A DNA stretch of 32,000 nucleotides from Methanoregula sp. (lineage in GTDB: Archaea; Halobacteriota; Methanomicrobia; Methanomicrobiales; Methanospirillaceae), in NCBI RefSeq assembly GCF_003170075.1, contig NZ_PMZU01000026.1:42004-74003 (forward strand), in the 5' to 3' direction. The notes below the pieces were generated by a model that saw only the letters and a list, made by a program, of their open reading frames with translations, had not been told where the DNA came from and did not search any database. Positions 26,929-32,000 of the stretch are shown here, piece by piece. How positions within the stretch are numbered: position 1 is the first letter of the stretch; every line of letters begins with the position of its first letter. The position numbers and the translations under genes are program-made.

Positions 26929-28077
26929 TCAATGGCCCGCACGCATGCGGTGTGGTGGCGGCCCGTGGTGGCGGCTTCTCCCTGAAAACCCGTGCAGGAG
27001 TGTGCCGGAGTACTTCGCTGCAAACGATCCCACAAAGGAGGTCACAATCACCATCACGGCAATGGTGGCAGCAACCGGAGGAGAGCCGTACAGCACGGCA
27101 AGCGCGATGGAGAACTCACCCCTCCCTATGGTGTTTGCCCAGATCTCAAGACCCGACGAGGCAGATCCATAGAGGTAAATGCCGGTCAGCACACCGGAAA
27201 TAAGTTTACTGACGATGGCAAGGACGCAGATGACCGAGATCACAAAGAGGCTCACGCTGCCGGACAGGTTGATGGTGATCCCGAAAAAGACAAAGAAGAT
27301 CACGAGAAATACGTCCTTAAACGGGCGGGCATGCTGCTCGAACGCATCCGGATCGGTGGTCGCAAACACGGCGCCAAGGGCGATGACCATCATGGTTTCG
27401 GGAACCCCTAAAAACATGGCAAATCCCGCAGTCGCGAGCACGGCGACAAACGTGAACAGGACGGGCAGCTCGTCTTCACGGTCGAGGATCGAGACCAGGA
27501 ATTCCTTACCATAATGGGCGAGCACGTAGAGGATGGCCAGCACAAAGATGATCTTTGCGGCAAAGAAGAGCAGGTTCTGGTCGCCGGCCGAAAGGAGGGC
27601 AAGGACGATGATCATTGCAATATCCTCAAAGACCATCAGCCAGATAATGGTCTCCGATTCCCGCATCATGAGTTTGCGGTTCTCGATTAACGAGGTGACG
27701 GCCATCGCAGTGCTGGAGATGTAGAATGCGGCAGCGACAATCAACGCCTCGATAAACGAAAAGCCAAGCATGTAGGCAGCGACAAAACCGATGAGCATAT
27801 TGACGTTGAGATCGATAATCCCGCTTGTGAGCACCGCCGACCGGTTCTCCGAGATCTTATCGATCCTGAGGCCGAGGCCCACGAAAAAGAGTAAAAAGAT
27901 CAGCCCCATTTCTGAGAAGAAACTGCTGATCTGGTCGGATACGACAAGCCCGAGGCCGGCTTTTCCCAGGACAACGCCGGCAATAATGTAGAACGGGATC
28001 GCCGGGAGGGACAGGTACTTGCTAGCCAGTGCAAGCACGAGGCAGACAAAAAGCGCGATTATGATGCCTTCCATCAA
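26929..28077 (-). CDS. CPA2/KefB-type cation:proton antiporter
   Basis: IPFYIIAGVVLGKAGLGLV...FLLFFVGLGLRIDKI...; 382 aa, multi-TM; MVFEDIAMIIVL. Confidence 0.9.
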   Translation of the reverse strand: MMEGIIIALFVCLVLALASKYLSLPAIPFYIIAGVVLGKAGLGLVVSDQISSFFSEMGLIFLLFFVGLGLRIDKISENRSAVLTSGIIDLNVNMLIGFVAAYMLGFSFIEALIVAAAFYISSTAMAVTSLIENRKLMMRESETIIWLMVFEDIAMIIVLALLSAGDQNLLFFAAKIIFVLAILYVLAHYGKEFLVSILDREDELPVLFTFVAVLATAGFAMFLGVPETMMVIALGAVFATTDPDAFEQHARPFKDVFLVIFFVFFGITINLSGSVSLFVISVICVLAIVSKLISGVLTGIYLYGSASSGLEIWANTIGRGEFSIALAVLYGSPPVAATIAVMVIVTSFVGSFAAKYSGTLLHGFSGRSRHHGPPPHRMRAGH

Positions 28078-28568
28078 TCCACCAAGATTTCCCGTTCGAA
28101 TAATCTGAGCTGGTCGGTTTCCCCGATAACCAGCACGGCATCGCCGGTTTCAAACACAAACGAGGGCGGGGGATTGATGATATTTTTGTCATTTCGGGAA
28201 ACGGCGATAACGGTCGTCCCGGTCTTTGCCCGGATCCGGAGGTCTTCAATCGTCTTTCCTGCAACGGCCCTGGGGACGATGTACGTATGGATGGTGACCC
28301 GGAGATCGGCAAGCGCAGAGAACGCGATCTCCACGCTCTCCTGGTCGGCCTCGATGATAGCGCCTGTAAGAATATTCCCGAGCCTCCGAGCCTCCACCGG
28401 TGTCATCTCGGCTGCGCTTGGCGTGTGGCAACCCTTCTGGAGGGTATACATCTGGATGGTACCGGTCTTTGTGAAAAATATCGCGACCGTATCGCCCTTG
28501 TCAGTCTCGAATTCGTATTTTGTGCCGACACCGGGAAGGTTGAGGGATCGAAGAGCCATAGGAGACAT
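28074..28568 (-). CDS. TrkA-C (RCK_C) domain regulatory subunit of the antiporter
   Basis: VPRAVAGKTIEDLRIRAKTGTTVIAVSRNDKNIINPPPSFVFETGDAVLVIGETDQLRLFE; 4-nt overlap with the antiporter gene. Confidence 0.88.
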   Translation of the reverse strand: MSPMALRSLNLPGVGTKYEFETDKGDTVAIFFTKTGTIQMYTLQKGCHTPSAAEMTPVEARRLGNILTGAIIEADQESVEIAFSALADLRVTIHTYIVPRAVAGKTIEDLRIRAKTGTTVIAVSRNDKNIINPPPSFVFETGDAVLVIGETDQLRLFEREILVD

Positions 28569-29321
28569 TAGAGGAATGATCCTAAAATATATTACTCCTC
28601 CGCTGGCACACTATTACCCTCTGGGATGTTCCTCCCGTTAAGGATTGCATAGACCTGTGATGCTGATGAAGCCCACTTGTCTGGTCATACAGTAAGTAGG
28701 GAAACCGGGGCCGGTCACCCCTCTTCCGGACCCGGAGTGAGTGCCAGTTCTCTCCAGGTATCCCATCTTCTCCTTCTTATGAAACGGTGGATCACCCGGA
28801 CCCCGAAAATTCCAAATCTCCCGTCGCAAAACCGGCCGGGACAGCATCCCCCGGGGTCCGATAATGATCGGAAATATGGGAAGGTCTCATGGACCGGCCC
28901 ACTCACCACACCTCGACAAAACCCCAACGACACTGGCGACGTGCACATCTCTCTCAGGGAGTATAGGGAACTGTCATAAAAACGAAAAGCGTGTTGGACG
29001 CATGGAGAGGGTGAGAGGATCCCGTTCATGCATCGGACACAGATATCATTCAAGGATTTTCTGGTATGAGAGGCCGGGAGGATCGTTCTTTAGTGCCGGA
29101 CTGGTACCGGGCATGAGAACTTTTTTTTTAGGGGTTTTTGTCCTCCCTGTACCAACTGTTGAAAGAACCGGTGTTTAAACCCCAGACCGGGCGGGGTGAA
29201 AGTGATCACACGGGGGTCTCCCGGTACAAACAGCGACCGGCAAAACAGATCATTTTTTGTCTATCCATGATGATAAATAGTGATAGATCCGCGAACGTTT
29301 TTCGCGCACATCCGTTCATTC

Positions 29322-29339
29322 TGACAACATGTTTTGTCA
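29322..29339. promoter_or_regulatory. 18-bp dyad TGACAA-CATGTT-TTGTCA at the por operon start
   Basis: Perfect 6-bp inverted arms; spans the ORF-track ATG (29329), suggesting the true start may be the GTG at 29347. Confidence 0.45.
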
Positions 29340-30231
29340 GGAGTTGGTGATCATCGCAGAAATCCCGAAGGAAGAATACATAGAAAAATGCACGTCCGCC
29401 TGCGCAGGGTGCAGTTCGTCCCTGACGCTTCGCTATGTGCTAAAAGCTGCCGGGCATGACAGCGTGCTTGTCGTGCCTGCGTGCTGTACGAGCGTCATCC
29501 AGGGGGCCTACCCAAACACCGCGATGAACGTGCCGGTCTATAACGTCGCGTTTGCCTCCGCTGCCGCGTGTGCATCGGGCATGTCCGAAGCGTTTCTGGA
29601 GATGGGTAAAAAGACCCACGTGATCGTGTACGCCGGGGACGGCGGGACGCTCGATATCGGTATCCAGTCGATGTCGGGCGCTTTTGAACGGGGCACGGAT
29701 TTCCTGTACATCTGCTACGACAATGAGGCGTACGGGAACACCGGTATGCAGCGCTCGGGCGCGACGCCGCTTGGCGCAAAGACTACGACCACCCCGACCG
29801 GCAAGACCGTGGAGAAGAAAGACATCGACGCGATCGTGGCCGCCCACCATCTCGAATACATGGCAACCGCGTGCAGCGCGTACCCGCAGGACATCTATAA
29901 AAAAGTCACAAAGGCGCTCACGTTCCGGGGGCCGACCTTCATCCACATCCTTGCCCCCTGCCCACCTGGCTGGCGGTACCCGACCGAGAAGACGATCGAG
30001 ATGGGAAAACTCGCGGTCAAATCCGGCATGTGGGTGCTCTACGAGCGCGAGCACGGGAAACTCACGATCAGCGCACCCTCGAAAGCAGCGATGAAAAAAC
30101 CGCTGCCGCTTGAAGATTATCTCGCCCCGCAGGGAAGGTTCAAGGGCATCGATGCAAAGTCGCTTGAGATCCTCAAACAGCACCTTGCCGCAAACCTCAA
30201 GAAACTTACCGCAGAGGAGGCGCAGCCATGA
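29329..30231 (+). CDS. porB: Pyruvate:ferredoxin oxidoreductase beta subunit
   Basis: CTSACAGCSSSLTLRYVLKAAG, VIVYAGDGGTLDIGIQSMSGAFERG (TPP motif), CYDNEAYGNTGMQRSGATPLGAKTTTTP. Start may be 29347. Confidence 0.94.
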   Translation: MFCQELVIIAEIPKEEYIEKCTSACAGCSSSLTLRYVLKAAGHDSVLVVPACCTSVIQGAYPNTAMNVPVYNVAFASAAACASGMSEAFLEMGKKTHVIVYAGDGGTLDIGIQSMSGAFERGTDFLYICYDNEAYGNTGMQRSGATPLGAKTTTTPTGKTVEKKDIDAIVAAHHLEYMATACSAYPQDIYKKVTKALTFRGPTFIHILAPCPPGWRYPTEKTIEMGKLAVKSGMWVLYEREHGKLTISAPSKAAMKKPLPLEDYLAPQGRFKGIDAKSLEILKQHLAANLKKLTAEEAQP

Positions 30232-31340
30232 AGAAGATCGCAACAGGAAACAAGGCGGTCGCTGAAGCGGTCAAACAGGCATGGCCCAGAGTAGTCGCGG
30301 CATACCCGATAACCCCGCAGACCGAGATCGTCGAGACCATCGCGGATTATGTCACAAGCGGCCAGATGAAGAGCCGTTACATCCCGGTCGAGAGCGAGCA
30401 CTCCGCAATGGCGGCCTGCATCGGGGCAAGCATCACAGGAGTGCGGACGTTTACCGCGACAAGCGCACACGGCCTGCTCTACATGCACGAGATGACCAAC
30501 TGGGCCGCAGGTGCACGCCTGCCGATTGTGATGGTAAACGTGAACCGGTCGCTTGGTCCCGGCTGGAATATCTGGGCAGAGCACACCGATGCGATGCAGG
30601 AGCGCGACACCGGCTGGCTGCAGGTATATGTCTCAACCGTGCAGGAAGCCTACGACACAACCCTCATGGCATTCCGCATTGCGGAGCACAATGACGTGCT
30701 GCTGCCGGTGATGGTTAATCTCGACGGGTTCTCCCTCTCCCATATCATGCAACCGCTGGACACCGTCGAACCCGGGGACTTTATCCCGCCGATCCACCTG
30801 CCCCATGCCATCGATACGAAAAACCCAACCGGGTATGGCGGTCTTACCATGCCGGATCAGCACTTCCTGTTCCGGTGGGATATCGAACGCTCGATGCGCG
30901 ACGCCGGAAGGGTGATCGCGGCAACCGAGAAGGACTTTGCACGCCGGTTCGGGCGGAGCTACGGACCGACCGAGAATTACCGGTGCGAAGATGCGGACGT
31001 GATCCTCATCGCCATGGGAACGTTTGGGAAAGAAGCCGAGGTCGCCATCGACATCCTGCGAAAAGAGGGCATAAAGGCCGGCTCGATGCGCCTGCGCTGG
31101 TTCCGGCCGTTTCCAAAACTCGACCTCGCTGGAAAAGAGGTTGTCGTAATCGACCGGGACTACTCGTTCGGGTATGGCGGTATTGTCGCCGGCGAGATTA
31201 AGGCAAAGAACCACTGCGAGGTCTACAGCGTGATCGCCGGCCTTGGCGGCCAGGAAGTTACCTATGATGACATGGCGGAGTTTGTCCGGACACGTCGCAT
31301 GGGTGGGGAGTTCTGGTTTGGGGTGACCGGCAATGTTTGA
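30228..31340 (+). CDS. porA: Pyruvate:ferredoxin oxidoreductase alpha subunit
   Basis: GNKAVAEAVKQAWPRVVAAYPITPQTEIVE ... YIPVESEHSAMAACIGASITGVRTFTATSAHGLLYMHEM. Confidence 0.95.
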   Translation: MKKIATGNKAVAEAVKQAWPRVVAAYPITPQTEIVETIADYVTSGQMKSRYIPVESEHSAMAACIGASITGVRTFTATSAHGLLYMHEMTNWAAGARLPIVMVNVNRSLGPGWNIWAEHTDAMQERDTGWLQVYVSTVQEAYDTTLMAFRIAEHNDVLLPVMVNLDGFSLSHIMQPLDTVEPGDFIPPIHLPHAIDTKNPTGYGGLTMPDQHFLFRWDIERSMRDAGRVIAATEKDFARRFGRSYGPTENYRCEDADVILIAMGTFGKEAEVAIDILRKEGIKAGSMRLRWFRPFPKLDLAGKEVVVIDRDYSFGYGGIVAGEIKAKNHCEVYSVIAGLGGQEVTYDDMAEFVRTRRMGGEFWFGVTGNV

Positions 31341-31860
31341 GATCCGGATCCATTCCCGGGGCGGGCAGGGTGGCGTGACTGCGGCCCGGCTCCTTGCGAT
31401 GGCAGCACTCCATGACGGGAAATACGCGACTGCATGCCCGTTCTACGGTGCGGAGCGCCGCGGGGCGCCGGTCGTCTCGTTTGTGAGGATCGACGACCAC
31501 CCGATCAAAGTCTACAGCCAGATCCGTGACCCGGACCTGGTCGTAGTGCTTGACGCAAGCGTGATGGAAACGGTCGATGTCCTGCACGGGCTCAAAAAGG
31601 GCGGCCGGGTGCTCATCAACAGCGCCCACCGGCCGGAGTTTGCCGGCTATACCACCTTCAATGTCGACCTGACCGGGATCGCCTTAAAAGAAAAACTCGT
31701 GGTCGCGGGGAGCCCGATCCTCAACACCCCGGTGCTCGGGGCGCTCGCAAAGATGGGGATCGTCTCGGTTGATTCAGCAAAGACGGCGATCCGTGAGATG
31801 TTTACCGATGAGCGCAATGTCAAGGCTGCCGAAGCCACATATGTGGAGATGAGCGCATGA
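31333..31860 (+). CDS. porC: Pyruvate:ferredoxin oxidoreductase gamma subunit
   Basis: IRIHSRGGQGGVTAARLLAMAALHDGKYATACPFYGAERRGAPVVSFVRI. Confidence 0.95.
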   Translation: MFEIRIHSRGGQGGVTAARLLAMAALHDGKYATACPFYGAERRGAPVVSFVRIDDHPIKVYSQIRDPDLVVVLDASVMETVDVLHGLKKGGRVLINSAHRPEFAGYTTFNVDLTGIALKEKLVVAGSPILNTPVLGALAKMGIVSVDSAKTAIREMFTDERNVKAAEATYVEMSA

Positions 31861-32000
31861 GCAGCAGCGTTAAAAAACGCGACCGGCTTGCAGTGAGCAG
31901 GCCGACCGAAGGCGCAGCCGGCCAGACCGGCTCGTGGCGGGTGTTTAAGCCCGTGGTCGACAAGGAAAAGTGCAACGAATGCGGGCTCTGTGCGATGTAT
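31857..32000 (+). CDS. porD: Pyruvate:ferredoxin oxidoreductase delta (ferredoxin) subunit, 3'-truncated by window edge
   Basis: MSSSVKKRDRLAVSRPTEGAAGQTGSWRVFKPVVDKEKCNECGLCAMY...; ATG at 31857 overlaps the porC stop. Confidence 0.88.
   Translation, partial: MSSSVKKRDRLAVSRPTEGAAGQTGSWRVFKPVVDKEKCNECGLCAMY

Noticed and set aside
28600-28979. Small ORFs 28638..28847 (-), 28677..28979 (+)
   Set aside because: Mutually overlapping, low-information composition, no recognisable family; likely chance ORFs.
29440-30243. 267-aa minus-strand ORF opposite porB
   Set aside because: Shadow ORF; porB motifs on the plus strand are unambiguous.
1-32000. CRISPR array, tRNA, rRNA, prophage, restriction or toxin-antitoxin system
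   Set aside because: Reading through the window I found no regularly spaced repeats, no tRNA-like cloverleaf with TTCRA arm, and no nuclease, integrase or capsid motifs. A tRNAscan-SE/CRISPR search would be needed for certainty.

Overview
The window looks like a chromosomal segment of a methanogenic archaeon, probably Methanomicrobiales-like (taxonomy is inferred from gene content). It is ordinary, densely packed coding DNA, with no CRISPR array, tRNA/rRNA or transposase recognised. Main blocks: (1) the 3' part of trpA and a lipoprotein with two DUF333-type repeats; (2) a long cobalt-uptake and anaerobic cobalamin locus, cbiMNQO-T-L-F-G-H-C-D-(small ORF)-cbiA; (3) a GntP-type permease; (4) an arsR gene divergent from a hgcA-hgcB mercury-methylation pair (diagnostic NVWCAAGK motif), followed by a C_GCAxxG_C_C-type redox protein, an ACR3 arsenite exporter and an arsC-type arsenate reductase; (5) malic enzyme, F420H2 oxidase/A-type flavoprotein, truA, a PHP protein, a dihydropteroate-synthase-related protein, parvulin, a membrane-anchored acetolactate decarboxylase, a JAMM protein, a RibL-like nucleotidyltransferase, DUF5714-like and DUF2284-like proteins, and a KefB/TrkA-C antiporter pair; (6) a pyruvate:ferredoxin oxidoreductase cluster in the order B-A-C-D, truncated at the window edge. 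Most worth following up: the hgcAB/arsenic island with two matched ArsR-operator-like dyads; a 38-aa His/Asp-rich mini-ORF (4544-4660, absent from the supplied ORF track) overlapping the 3' end of cbiO; an apparently missing or truncated cbiE slot (10136-10345); and a C-terminal extension on CbiO.
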